Notes: generated by a model not told the origin, from the letters alone. Shown: positions 1 through 9,739, counted from the stretch's first letter. The stretch: 64,000 nucleotides of DNA from Patescibacteria group bacterium (GCA_042570545.1 JBHPGJ010000004.1:2223-66222), one strand, 5' to 3'. Numbers and translations: made by a program.

Positions 1-127
1 GCCATAAGCGGTCCATATTAGGCGTCTTAGCCTGACTGATAGCATTCCCCTTACCGGGGGGCGCCATGCCCCAGCCATCAAGAATAAGTAACACCGCCGG
101 AAAGTGAGGTTTCTTATGTTTGGGCAT
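1..127 (-). CDS. gpmI: 2,3-bisphosphoglycerate-independent phosphoglycerate mutase, N-terminal fragment (runs off the window start)
   Basis: Reverse-strand ATG at 127 gives [42 protein letters not shown], the conserved iPGM N-terminus (LLILDGWG). It overlaps the eno stop and sits downstream of pgk-eno. Confidence 0.55.
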   Translation of the reverse strand, partial: MPKHKKPHFPAVLLILDGWGMAPPGKGNAISQAKTPNMDRLW

Positions 128-1385
128 GAGGTGATATTTCTTTTTCAATTTCTAATAACCGGTTGTATTTAGCAAGTCTCTCTTCTCTGGCCAGAGAGCC
201 CGCTTTTAAATAGTCAGCACCAATGGCTACTGCCAGATCGGAGATGAATGCATCATTTGTTTCACCTGAGCGATGAGATACGATTACTTTAAAATCATTC
301 TCTTTTGCCAGGCGCAAGCACTCTATGGCTTCACTGATAGTGCCAACCTGGTTTGGTTTTATAATAACCGCATTAGCTGCTTTTTTGCTAATACCTTTCT
401 GAAGCCACTTAGTCTGAGTTACAAACAAATCATCACCAACCAACATCATCTTATCTCCTAAGCGACCGGTCATCACCCGCCAGCCTTCCCAGTCATTTTC
501 TGTTAATCCGTCTTCAACTGATATTAGTGGGTATTTTAGCCGCCAATCATTATACAGCTGAATAAGTTGCTCTGTAGTATAAGTTTGTCCCTCTGGGCGG
601 AGCGCGTATCGGCCTTGCCCGCTAAAAAACTGACTAGCGGCGGCATCTAAGGCAATTTTGATGTCATCTCCCGGTACATAGTCGGCCTTGGTCATAGCGG
701 CAATAATAAATTCAAATGCCTCTGTATGGTTTTTTAATCGAGGAGCAAATCCGCCTTCGTCACCAACGGCAACAGAATATCCTTCATTACTGAGCAATCC
801 GGCCAGACGGTGAAAAACCTCGGCTCCGCGATCGAGATTTTCTTGAAATGTATTACTATCCGGTACGATCATAAATTCCTGAATAGATAACCCAGAATCA
901 GCATGTACGCCGCCATTTAATATATTAAACATCGGCTTGGGTAAATTCCATAATTTGTATTTGGGAGCATAGGTTTGCCGTAAATATTTATATAGCGGTA
1001 TTTTCTCATTTTCAGACGCTACACGCGCCAAAGCCAATGAAACTGAAAGCAAGGCGTTGGCTCCCAGGTTCGTTTTATTTTCTGTACCATCCAACTCGAT
1101 CAATTGTCTATCAAGCTTCCTAGTATCATCCACTGATTGGCCTTTTAAAGCTTCGTTAATAGTGGTATTTACATTACTTACCGCCTGCAATACACCTTTA
1201 CCGTCATAGCGTTTATCACCATCGCGTAACTCCAGAGCAGCCCGAGAGCCTGTTGAGGCTCCGGATGGCACAGAAGCCTTGGCATCTACCTTATTACTTA
1301 GGGTAACTTTAGTCTGGACTGTGGGATAACCCCGAGAATCCAGGATTTCCATTGCGTCAATTGATCTAATGGTTACTTTGGCCAT
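114..1385 (-). CDS. eno: enolase (phosphopyruvate hydratase)
   Basis: 423 aa with full-length enolase signatures ([34 protein letters not shown]) in a glycolytic operon context. Confidence 0.95.
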   Translation of the reverse strand: MAKVTIRSIDAMEILDSRGYPTVQTKVTLSNKVDAKASVPSGASTGSRAALELRDGDKRYDGKGVLQAVSNVNTTINEALKGQSVDDTRKLDRQLIELDGTENKTNLGANALLSVSLALARVASENEKIPLYKYLRQTYAPKYKLWNLPKPMFNILNGGVHADSGLSIQEFMIVPDSNTFQENLDRGAEVFHRLAGLLSNEGYSVAVGDEGGFAPRLKNHTEAFEFIIAAMTKADYVPGDDIKIALDAAASQFFSGQGRYALRPEGQTYTTEQLIQLYNDWRLKYPLISVEDGLTENDWEGWRVMTGRLGDKMMLVGDDLFVTQTKWLQKGISKKAANAVIIKPNQVGTISEAIECLRLAKENDFKVIVSHRSGETNDAFISDLAVAIGADYLKAGSLAREERLAKYNRLLEIEKEISPHAQT

Positions 1386-2570
1386 TTATTTTTCTCGCTT
1401 TAAATACTTAAGCCCAGGCAAAGTTTTGCCTTCAAGAAAATGCAACATAGCTCCGCCACCGGTAGATATAAAATCATATTGGTTAACCAGTCCGGCTTTT
1501 TTAACAGCGGAAATAGTATCGCCGCCACCAATGATACTTCTGGCTCTGGTTTTAGCTATTGTCTGCGCAATGCTTTTGGTACCTTTATTGAACATGGCAA
1601 CTTCACACAGCCCCATTGGTCCGTTCCAAACAATAGTTTTGGCTGATCTTATATATTTCTTAAATAGTTCAATGGTGTCAGGACCTATATCATAAATGAT
1701 TTCATGATTACCGACATTGCCTACGGCCCTTATTTTTGAAGAAATTTTCTTGTTACTACTAGTCACGATGACATCAATGGGGATGATAACGTTGTTCTTA
1801 AGAAAAGCCTTAGAACGCAATATATCCACCATCTCCTCTTCAAACAGTGACCGGCCGACTGTATGACCCTGGGCCTTAAAAATTGTGTTGGCCAAAGCGC
1901 CGCCCAGCAGTATGTATTCAAAATCGTTGGTCAACCTTTTTATTAATTCCAGACGGGTCGATACTTTTACCCCACCAATAATAGCCAGTCGGGGTTTCCT
2001 TGGTTTACAAAATAATGACGTTAACTCTTCCAACTCCGAACAAAGTAAAAACCCAGAGTAGCTAGGCAGATGTTTCTGTAGCAGTGCCAATGAGGCAGCT
2101 CGTCTATGTATCTGGGCAAAGGCATCGTTGACAACCACATCGCCCAAACGTGATAATTTTTTGGCTAATTGCTTACTGGCCTTTTGTTCACCGGTTTCAA
2201 ATCTTATGTTCTCCAGCATTATTATTTCACCCGGTTTCATCTTAGCGATCTCTTTTTCTACTTTTGGTCCAACACTTTCATTAAGTTTCTTTACCGGTCT
2301 TTTAATTAACTGTGATAATCTTCGAGCTACTGGATCTAATTTAAATCTTTTTTCTCTTTTTTTTGGCCGGCCTAACCAAGTCAGAATTATTACTTTAGCT
2401 TTTTTCTTCAACAAGTAACGCAATGTCGGTATGGTGGTTTTAATCCTGATATCGTCAGGTACGACAAAACTTCCGCCTCTTTTTTTTAGCGTAAAGTCGT
2501 AGGCCGTCCGGAATATGACCCTCTTTCCGCTGACATCAATCCCTTTAATTGTTTTAATTTTTTTCTTCAT
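1386..2570 (-). CDS. pgk: phosphoglycerate kinase
   Basis: 394 aa with PGK motifs (VNDAFAQIHRRAAS, WNGPMGL, GGGAMLHFLEGKTLPG). It abuts eno. Confidence 0.92.
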   Translation of the reverse strand: MKKKIKTIKGIDVSGKRVIFRTAYDFTLKKRGGSFVVPDDIRIKTTIPTLRYLLKKKAKVIILTWLGRPKKREKRFKLDPVARRLSQLIKRPVKKLNESVGPKVEKEIAKMKPGEIIMLENIRFETGEQKASKQLAKKLSRLGDVVVNDAFAQIHRRAASLALLQKHLPSYSGFLLCSELEELTSLFCKPRKPRLAIIGGVKVSTRLELIKRLTNDFEYILLGGALANTIFKAQGHTVGRSLFEEEMVDILRSKAFLKNNVIIPIDVIVTSSNKKISSKIRAVGNVGNHEIIYDIGPDTIELFKKYIRSAKTIVWNGPMGLCEVAMFNKGTKSIAQTIAKTRARSIIGGGDTISAVKKAGLVNQYDFISTGGGAMLHFLEGKTLPGLKYLKREK

Positions 2571-2637
2571 TTTTTAGTTTTAATAAACATATTATAACAA
2601 AAAAAAGCTCTGCTGACAAAGAGTTATTATTCAGCTT

Positions 2638-3072
2638 TTAGCCTAAAAATTTGATAACTTGGTCAATTAATTGGCTGGGGCTGGTATCGGTTTTGATTAA
2701 ATATTTATCCACTCCCAGACTCTTGGCTCTTTTAACGTAGATATCGTTATCCAAATTCGTAAGCACAAACACATGAGCATCGTGGGTAATATCACTTTGC
2801 TTGACCAGCTCTAAAATATCAAAACCAACCGGATGCTCATACTCGATCACCAAGTCGTTAGAAACTGGAATTATCAGATCAAGCAGTATTAACGGCGGCT
2901 GGTGCTTGAACAGCAAATCCAGAGCCTCTTCTTTGTTTGTCGCTACCAATAATGAGTAGTCAGTGTTTTTAAAAGCTGCTTGATAGACCTTGTTGATCAA
3001 CGGCTCATCCTCGATCAATAGTACCGTTGCTTTGGTCCTACTTGATTTTTTCTTTAGCTTCATTTTTATCAA
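2638..3072 (-). CDS. single-domain response regulator (CheY-like receiver)
   Basis: 144 aa with the receiver-domain pattern (VLLIEDEPLI...LILLDLIIP, conserved Asp and Lys). It overlaps the upstream histidine kinase by 35 nt. Confidence 0.7.
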   Translation of the reverse strand: MIKMKLKKKSSRTKATVLLIEDEPLINKVYQAAFKNTDYSLLVATNKEEALDLLFKHQPPLILLDLIIPVSNDLVIEYEHPVGFDILELVKQSDITHDAHVFVLTNLDNDIYVKRAKSLGVDKYLIKTDTSPSQLIDQVIKFLG

Positions 3073-5830
3073 TTAGTGTTTTAATTGGAACTTTAAACTG
3101 GAAAGTACTGCCTTTATTTTGCCCTTCCGATTCTACCCAGATCATACCACCGTGTCCTTCAATAATTTTCTTGGCGATAAACAAACCCAACCCGGAGCCA
3201 TCCGGATGTATCCGGGCAATACCTGAGCCGCGTACAAATTTATTGAACAATTCACGGGCATCAGAAGGCTTAATCCCCACACCGGTGTCTTTGAAAGTTA
3301 CATGTATGAAACCATCGGTTTTTTCGGCCAGTATTGTTACCGAGCCTTTGGCCGTATATTTAATAGCGTTGTCCAGAAGATTTAAGACCACGTCTTTTAG
3401 TTTATCCTCATCGGCAGTAATGTCGGGTAGCTTTGTCTTGGGTTTTTTATAAATTATTTTTATTTTCTTCTTGTCCGCCACTTTTTCAACTTCTTTGATC
3501 TGACTCTCAATAACCTCATTAATATCCGTTTGTTTAAGGTCGATCTCAAATTTCCCCGCTTCAATTTTAGACACATTTAGAAATAGATTTATCAGCCGGA
3601 TCATCCGCTGGCTCTCGCTCAATAAATCGATAAGAATCTTTGAATGCTTCGGCTCAAGCTTGCCAAAGTCGCCAGACGTCATCATTGATAAGTAGCCCAT
3701 AATGCCGGTCATCGGCGTCCTTAACTGATGTGAGGCAATGGAAACAAATTCAGTCTTGGCTTGATCCAGCTGCTGTAGGTGCATGTTGGCTTCTTCTAGT
3801 TGTCTATTAGTAACTTTTAATTTTTCAAATAAGTTTAGATTGCGAGCGACGATACCAACTTGGTCAGCGACAGTTTCCAGCACCTCAATCTCCCTCTCCG
3901 ACAGCTGATCTCGCGTTTTAGCCGAAGCTATATCCATCACGCCAATAACTTTGCCTTCGGAATAAAGTGGTATGGCAATTACTGTTTTAACACCCAATAT
4001 TTTATTGATAGTAGCCATGATCGGCCGAGGCACCGGTGGGGAGAAAAACTCGGTCATATTGTTACCGATCTTAATTTGTTTTTCCTTGATAGCCATACCA
4101 TCAAGGGTGGTGTCCTTATCTATTTCTGAGTAATAATCATACAGCGGTTTGGGCAGCAGTCTTATGGCCTTCTTGGTTAAGGCGGTTTCAGTAACTGCTG
4201 CCGGATGTATTCTTCTCGTCTCCGGCTCGATATATAGCAGCATGGCTCCGATATAATCCAGTTCATTAGCCAGGCTGTCTACAATGCTTTGGTTTACTTT
4301 ATTGAAATCAAGCGTTTCAGTTATAATTTTTGTTATACGCTGTACGGCCACCAGGGAAACGTTGCGGTCTTTCAACTCGGTGGTCGCTTGGTCGACCTTT
4401 TCTTTTAAGGTCTCAGAAAAATCCTTAACTTCACCAAAAAGCTTGGCCTTCTCAATAGCGGTAGCGATCTGCGGTCCGATGACATTTAAAAGCGCCAGCT
4501 CCTCGGCCGAGAAGCTATCGCCTGATCTTTTAGACCCTAGGGTAAGTACAGCACTTAATCGACCTTCGCTAAAGACCGGGCTGGCCAGCGAGGCATCGAT
4601 CATTTCAAAATCATGCCTTGATCTTTCCAGCTCCTGCTTCTCCGCTTCATTATTCGTATCTTCAATCCTTTTTTCTAAACTTTCTAAGATTGACGGGTGC
4701 TGTTTGATCTTCAGATATCTTATCAGTGCACTATGCTCACTTAAACAAAGATCTTTTTTATTCGGTGCTAGCATCTGGCTGCAATATTCCCCATTCTTTT
4801 CCAGCATTAGTATATCAGCGTGTTTTAATTTCAAACCTTCAGATAGGGACATAGAGACTGATCTTAATAATGGATGTAGTTCGTATTCCTTGTTGATTAT
4901 CTCTGACAACTGCTGTGATAAAATTTGATAATCAATTTTTGCTTTAAAGAATATGGCATCTGTAGCTTTTGATAACCAGCGTTTAAGAGGATCCAAACCA
5001 ATAACAATTAATAACGCGCCAATTACTGACATTATTATCGTATTGGCTCCAAACACCTCCGTGAATAGCGTTGTTGACATTAAAATAATTACGCTAAATG
5101 CTGCGGAGACAAACAATACAAGTAAAAAGTATATTATTGACCTAGATATAATAGCTCTAATATCCAGTAGTCTATGTCTTACAATTGCGTATGCAGTAAA
5201 GCTTGAAAATATTAAGAAACTATATATTCCAATACGGCTTATTTCTTTTCCCAACTCTGCGATTTGTGGCAATATTAAATTGGTTAGCAAAGCAACAAAT
5301 GAGGTGATGCTGAGGCCCCACAACATATAGGAGATTTGTACTTTGCTTATTCCCGATGCTATTTTTCGTTTTTTGAATAATATAAATATTCCATACACTA
5401 TATATAATAATAGTATAGCCGCATATAATGGATATAAGTTTCCTGACTCAACTCTAATCCCATCACTATAGAAAGTAACATTTTTAATTATTAAAGGGGT
5501 AAATAATAACAAAAATATAACTAATATAGGAGCGAGTCGATAAAAAGCAGTAATTGTCTTACCAGTCTCTTGCCTTGGAAAATTTTTAGCAAATTGTACA
5601 AAACTAAAACCAAGTAACGCAGCTAATGCAAAATCAAGTCCAACTAACAGATTAACCATTTCAATGTTTCTGGATTCTTCTTCAATAAATGTGACAACAC
5701 TCCACCCAACCATTGCTAGCAGCATTATTGCAAAATAAATATTTGTCTTATTAAACCTAGATCTTCTATAGACTAAACCTGCGACAAATAAATTTACTAG
5801 TACGACTGTTATTAATAAAATTATTCCCAT
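3038..5830 (-). CDS. sensor histidine kinase with N-terminal multi-TM sensor, GAF-like region, HisKA and HATPase_c
   Basis: 930 aa with about 7 N-terminal TM helices, an H-box (ASHQLRTPMTGI), N/G boxes (DTGVGIKPSD...GSGLGLFIAKKIIEGHGG) and coiled-coil/GAF-like stretches. Confidence 0.85.
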   Translation of the reverse strand: MGIILLITVVLVNLFVAGLVYRRSRFNKTNIYFAIMLLAMVGWSVVTFIEEESRNIEMVNLLVGLDFALAALLGFSFVQFAKNFPRQETGKTITAFYRLAPILVIFLLLFTPLIIKNVTFYSDGIRVESGNLYPLYAAILLLYIVYGIFILFKKRKIASGISKVQISYMLWGLSITSFVALLTNLILPQIAELGKEISRIGIYSFLIFSSFTAYAIVRHRLLDIRAIISRSIIYFLLVLFVSAAFSVIILMSTTLFTEVFGANTIIMSVIGALLIVIGLDPLKRWLSKATDAIFFKAKIDYQILSQQLSEIINKEYELHPLLRSVSMSLSEGLKLKHADILMLEKNGEYCSQMLAPNKKDLCLSEHSALIRYLKIKQHPSILESLEKRIEDTNNEAEKQELERSRHDFEMIDASLASPVFSEGRLSAVLTLGSKRSGDSFSAEELALLNVIGPQIATAIEKAKLFGEVKDFSETLKEKVDQATTELKDRNVSLVAVQRITKIITETLDFNKVNQSIVDSLANELDYIGAMLLYIEPETRRIHPAAVTETALTKKAIRLLPKPLYDYYSEIDKDTTLDGMAIKEKQIKIGNNMTEFFSPPVPRPIMATINKILGVKTVIAIPLYSEGKVIGVMDIASAKTRDQLSEREIEVLETVADQVGIVARNLNLFEKLKVTNRQLEEANMHLQQLDQAKTEFVSIASHQLRTPMTGIMGYLSMMTSGDFGKLEPKHSKILIDLLSESQRMIRLINLFLNVSKIEAGKFEIDLKQTDINEVIESQIKEVEKVADKKKIKIIYKKPKTKLPDITADEDKLKDVVLNLLDNAIKYTAKGSVTILAEKTDGFIHVTFKDTGVGIKPSDARELFNKFVRGSGIARIHPDGSGLGLFIAKKIIEGHGGMIWVESEGQNKGSTFQFKVPIKTLIDKNEAKEKIK

Positions 5831-5833
5831 TAT

Positions 5834-6508
5834 TTATATTTTAAAAAATAATGATAAGAACTTGCCAACCACTCTGCCCAATTTTTTATTCCTTAAGAAA
5901 AAAGGATTTTTCCAAATTAATTGAATTCCGTAATTCATACTTTGATAATCTTTAAAATAATTCGGGATAATCTTACCTATCATAAGTCCCGAATTTTTAT
6001 AAAACCTTAGCTCTGGATCAAAAGGTTCACCATCTTGTGTAGTTTTTTTTGCGTACGTGTTCGCATCCATTTCATCAGAAAATTTATAGTAACCCGGTAG
6101 TCTTCCTCCAAGAACTCCGTATTGGATATTTTTCCTAATTGCCATTTTGCCAATTTCCTGCAACAGTTTTCTGGCAACCCCCTTATTTTGCGCTGATGAC
6201 TCCACGCTTAGATCAACTCCAAACACTACATTACCCCGTTGATTATGAACATTTTTAATATAACCGTTATCAGTTAATTCATACCATGTCTTACAAGGTT
6301 TACTAAAATCATAAATAATAATCTCAGCAGATACTACTCCAATGATGTGATTATCAATCAATGCAACTAGTTGGCCCTCCGGAAATATTTTTATTCTTGA
6401 TTCAAACATCCTTTCGTCAGCTGCCATTTCACTCGACCATGCGTTATTTTCAACATTTATGATTGAAGAAATATCAGATAGCTGCGCTTTTCTTACTTTT
6501 AATTTCAT
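5834..6508 (-). CDS. GNAT-family N-acetyltransferase (putative)
   Basis: 224 aa. The acetyl-CoA binding-like motif (QNKGVARKLLQEIGKMA) and fold pattern resemble GNAT. It lies 4 nt from the HK start. Confidence 0.45.
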   Translation of the reverse strand: MKLKVRKAQLSDISSIINVENNAWSSEMAADERMFESRIKIFPEGQLVALIDNHIIGVVSAEIIIYDFSKPCKTWYELTDNGYIKNVHNQRGNVVFGVDLSVESSAQNKGVARKLLQEIGKMAIRKNIQYGVLGGRLPGYYKFSDEMDANTYAKKTTQDGEPFDPELRFYKNSGLMIGKIIPNYFKDYQSMNYGIQLIWKNPFFLRNKKLGRVVGKFLSLFFKI

Positions 6509-6999
6509 ATTGGTTTACGATTTCTTAGCGGTAATGTGCCAATAATCATAACAATTACTATTTCGGTTATAGCCGCTAAAGTAATATATATGGGCAGCTT
6601 ACCCCACCCGGCAGTAATTAAATATATCCATGGTACAATTGCTGCAATTCTATTCATCATTAACCCTGTGTACATTGTCTTTCCTTCGACTTTAGCTTTC
6701 TTGAGTTTAAACTTTTTAATATCCTTAAATTTAATCTTAAATATTCCACTTCCCTTAAGCATTAAAAATATACCTAAAATAAAGAATATTTCTGAAATTG
6801 CAAAAAACCAAGCAATAACCACCAGGCTAACTCCATATTTTTCATTTATTACATTAGAAGCAAAAATTATTTTATCAATAAAAATTGTAACTAAAATAAG
6901 CAATATAATTATTGCAGTAATCTGGTATCTCCTTTTTCTCCTGATTATATGGTCGAAAGTATTTTCTAGAAAATTTTTTATTCCATTAAACATAAACAT
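6505..6999 (-). CDS. hypothetical membrane protein
   Basis: 164 aa with 4 predicted TM segments. It overlaps the next gene by 4 nt (operon-style) and is preferred over the antisense ORF at 6536..7006. Confidence 0.35.
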   Translation of the reverse strand: MFMFNGIKNFLENTFDHIIRRKRRYQITAIIILLILVTIFIDKIIFASNVINEKYGVSLVVIAWFFAISEIFFILGIFLMLKGSGIFKIKFKDIKKFKLKKAKVEGKTMYTGLMMNRIAAIVPWIYLITAGWGKLPIYITLAAITEIVIVMIIGTLPLRNRKPI

Positions 7000-7092
7000 G
7001 ATTTGAAGAAATGTTTAAGATATTTACTGAAAGTTTTTTAATTATACCATAAAAATGGCCAAATATCTACTTAAATAACTGGCATTTTTTAT

Positions 7093-7785
7093 TTAATTAA
7101 TTCTTGTTTTTCGAAAAATTATATAACTTGCAAAGCCCAACCATGCCACCGATGATGCTGGTCCAATAAAGTCGTAAGAATTAACTTGCCCCTGACCGAT
7201 CCAAGGTAATAACAAATTTGTAGTAATGCCAAATGCCGATGAAATTATTACACCAATCAATAAGTATTTAAGCTGCCAACGATGGATTCCATCACTATGT
7301 CTGAACTTTTTATATAAATTTATAAACGCCCAACCCCAAAAAGCAATAAAATAAAAGGCAAATAAATGATATGCCGAGCCGTAAAATATTTGATATGGTG
7401 CTTCATATTCAAAACCTTTAATAAATAAATCAGTAAATATTATTACCAATATAAAAATAATCGTGGGCACAAATAATATCAAATAATTTTTAATAGTAAT
7501 TATTTTTTCTTTAAAAGGAAAAACCCATGAGAATAGTAAAAAAGTTGCTAATATAAAAAGTGCAGCGATAAATGTAAAATTCCACCAAAACCATTTAAGA
7601 GACTCGTCGACACTTATATATCCAAATCCATTACTAAATACCCAAAAAGCAACAAATAATGCAAATAATCCAAACGAGATAGAAATTTCACTACGTGTTT
7701 TTCTCACCAATATATATAGCGCTAGAATAAATTCCACCGCGGCGATTGGTATTAATAAAAAATTACCCCAGAATATTATATCCAT
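7093..7785 (-). CDS. multi-pass membrane protein resembling the N-terminal 7TM sensor module of the adjacent histidine kinase
   Basis: 230 aa, about 7 TM helices. The spacing and composition parallel HK residues 1-230 (Arg/Lys after TM1, W/F-rich helices). Confidence 0.45.
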   Translation of the reverse strand: MDIIFWGNFLLIPIAAVEFILALYILVRKTRSEISISFGLFALFVAFWVFSNGFGYISVDESLKWFWWNFTFIAALFILATFLLFSWVFPFKEKIITIKNYLILFVPTIIFILVIIFTDLFIKGFEYEAPYQIFYGSAYHLFAFYFIAFWGWAFINLYKKFRHSDGIHRWQLKYLLIGVIISSAFGITTNLLLPWIGQGQVNSYDFIGPASSVAWLGFASYIIFRKTRIN

Positions 7786-7849
7786 TTCTCAATATTAATT
7801 AACATTTTAATTCCTCTTCAAAATAATATAACTAGAAAATCCCAACCAT

Positions 7850-8760
7850 ATCAATGACGAACTTGGTCCAATCCATCCCCATCTACTATATGATGTCAGT
7901 GGTAAAATAAATCCCCCGTCAGTAGATGAGAAGCTGGAGGGAAATCGGATACGGGATCCGCACAGGCTTCACGACATCTGATGTCGACGGGCGGTCTTCT
8001 CTCTATCTAAAGAATCGGCAGCCCCGCCACGGCGTAAAGCAAATTTTTTAGTCTCCGCTTAGATACGACCGTGGCAGGGCGATGGTGTATATTCACCAGA
8101 GATTAAAAATATGATAATAAATAATTATTGTCAAAAATAAGACCCGTAGCAATGGGTCAGACGATCCCAGCCCCTGATATGGGAGTCGCTTGAACAACTG
8201 CTACGGGCAAATAACTGCCCGACTGTCTTGCTCCGCACGTCCCCACGCGCCATCTCCTCCGTCACTAGGAACCCCGCTCAACAGTCGGGCATAAAGAATA
8301 ACTTTGCCCACATATTAACTGTTATAATTATTCTGTCAAGTAATAAAAAGGCCCGTCGCTAGGCAGATAGTGAGTAAGGTGGGGAGGAAGTCCTTGCCTC
8401 ACAAAAGCGCAGCGACGGGAATCGGATGACCTGACCGGCACAACAATCCAAGGGGGATTACCTTATGTAGAAGATTGTTCACCGGCCAGGCCGAAAAAGA
8501 ATTGGGCTCCTGTTAGAAATCCCTGATACACTTTGTGCTATTAACCCCACCACCTCCTTTACCGATTTAGGTGGTCAACAGAAGTCAGCTACCCAGGAGC
8601 CCAAAAGGATAAATAAGGGTTGGCACATACCAGCACCGTTGTCTCAATGTTGTTGCTGTCTTTTTACCACCTCACCAGCCGACCCTTATTATTTATGAAA
8701 ACTGAACGGCTTGTACAAGTTAATATTAATAGAAATTTCTGTCAAGAAAAAAACCCATCT
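7850..8760. ncRNA. candidate large structured noncoding RNA (family unassigned; strand undetermined)
   Basis: About 1.1 kb with no ORF of 60 aa or more, and visibly GC-richer than the flanking AT-rich coding sequence. Nested complementary stems are present (CCCGACTG 8218-8225 / CAGTCGGG 8282-8289; CCCGTCGCT 8352-8360 / AGCGACGGG 8411-8419; GACCC...GGGTC 8141-8158; hairpins GGGCA-loop-TGCCC on each side of the first stem). GGGAAaTCGGAT occurs at ~7940 and ~8417. Confidence 0.35.
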
Positions 8761-8798
8761 AAGGGCTTACGATAAATAATTTATAAAAAATTATTCTA

Positions 8799-8885
8799 CT
8801 ACCACCTTGCTTTGGCAGCGAATAAAACCACTCCCAGCAGAATCAGTCCGATTATCACTCCCATTATTTGACCTTGGGTAACCAT
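8799..8885 (-). CDS. candidate 28-aa hydrophobic micropeptide (MVTQGQIMGVIIGLILLGVVLFAAKARW)
   Basis: ATG at 8885 and TAG at 8799-8801 give a single TM helix. TTGACA and TATAAT hexamers lie immediately upstream (13-nt spacer, suboptimal), so it could be leaderless. Below the ORF-track size cutoff. Confidence 0.2.
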   Translation of the reverse strand: MVTQGQIMGVIIGLILLGVVLFAAKARW

Positions 8886-8922
8886 GGCTATATTATATCA
8901 GTTTATTTAATGTCAGCCAATG

Positions 8923-9534
8923 TTATTTATTTTCCGACTTTGGCTTAGCTGGTTTGTTGGTCACTGCTTTATCCGCTTGTCTGCGTCCTAGCTCGGCCGC
9001 TATGCTATCCACCCAAGCACCAACACCTACTCCCGTAAGTACTATAGCAATAAATATAATAAGCAGATTAATAAGCGGCTGATCGATGTTCTTATAGACG
9101 GCAAAGACAATGGCCCCTATCCAGGAAAAAAGTGAAATAACACCACTGACAACACCACGGGTCTTGAGTTGATAGTATTTATCAGTTGCTTCCTCATGAA
9201 ACAGCGGTGTCAGCTCCTGGATGCGCGGTCCGACGCGGAGATTGAGATAGACGCCATTGGCTACCAGCAGCAGCACCAAGATCAGTTTCATCTGGAACCG
9301 GGCATCAGTCAGGTAATAATCCGGCCTCTCAGCTGTTAAAAATATCCCTGAGGTGATCAGAAGAATTAAACCCACCCACACCATCATGGACATTATTGGC
9401 GAGAATTTGACTAAAAAGTGTGAATATTTCTTCTCTCGTTCATATATAAACCACATCACATCAACTACAAATACCGAGCCTAGACTTATAGCTAAACCTA
9501 TAAAATGAATTAACAACCAGGTAGCGTGTGCCAT
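8923..9534 (-). CDS. hypothetical integral membrane protein
   Basis: 203 aa with 5-6 TM helices. No recognisable family. Confidence 0.5.
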   Translation of the reverse strand: MAHATWLLIHFIGLAISLGSVFVVDVMWFIYEREKKYSHFLVKFSPIMSMMVWVGLILLITSGIFLTAERPDYYLTDARFQMKLILVLLLVANGVYLNLRVGPRIQELTPLFHEEATDKYYQLKTRGVVSGVISLFSWIGAIVFAVYKNIDQPLINLLIIFIAIVLTGVGVGAWVDSIAAELGRRQADKAVTNKPAKPKSENK

Positions 9535-9575
9535 ATTGGGATTAATTATAAGTTAATTATTCAAAAAAGTGAATA

Positions 9576-9625
9576 ACAAAAACACCTTGATAAAGGCCGG
9601 AGCCGTCTGCCAAGGTGCTTTTGTT
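9576..9625. terminator. rho-independent terminator hairpin, bidirectional
   Basis: The CACCTTG (9584-9590) ... CAAGGTG (9611-9617) stem is flanked by an A-run upstream and a T-run downstream. It sits between the small acidic ORF and the 8923..9534 gene. Confidence 0.55.
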
Positions 9626-9643
9626 AATTGAATAAAGATACTT

Positions 9644-9739
9644 CTATTCAGCCGGTGCTTCAGGAGTAGCTTCTTCCTCCTTCTTCTCTTCAGTACCTTC
9701 GCCTTCTGTTGTAGGCTGATCCATTGTCTCTTCGTCCAT
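9644..9739 (-). CDS. candidate 31-aa highly acidic peptide (MDEETMDQPTTEGEGTEEKKEEEATPEAPAE)
   Basis: A perfect SD AAGGAGG lies 8 nt upstream of the ATG at 9739, the stop is TAG at 9644-9646, and the terminator follows. Below the ORF-track cutoff. Confidence 0.3.
   Translation of the reverse strand: MDEETMDQPTTEGEGTEEKKEEEATPEAPAE

Noticed and set aside
3860-5330. Several plus-strand ORFs (89-214 aa) antisense to the histidine kinase
   Set aside because: These are antisense frames of a clearly recognisable 930-aa kinase, with low-complexity Ser/Leu composition.
6536-7006. 156-aa plus-strand ORF, fully antisense to 6505..6999
   Set aside because: Both frames are open in this very AT/Ile/Leu-rich stretch. 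The minus-strand frame continues the operon with a 4-nt overlap to the GNAT gene, so the plus-strand ORF is taken as spurious, at low confidence either way.
8540-8560. CCACCTCCTTT resembling the 16S rRNA 3' end (anti-SD)
   Set aside because: No flanking GGATCACCTCCTT/GTCGTAACAAGG context and no 1.5-kb rRNA-like region. It is an isolated match.
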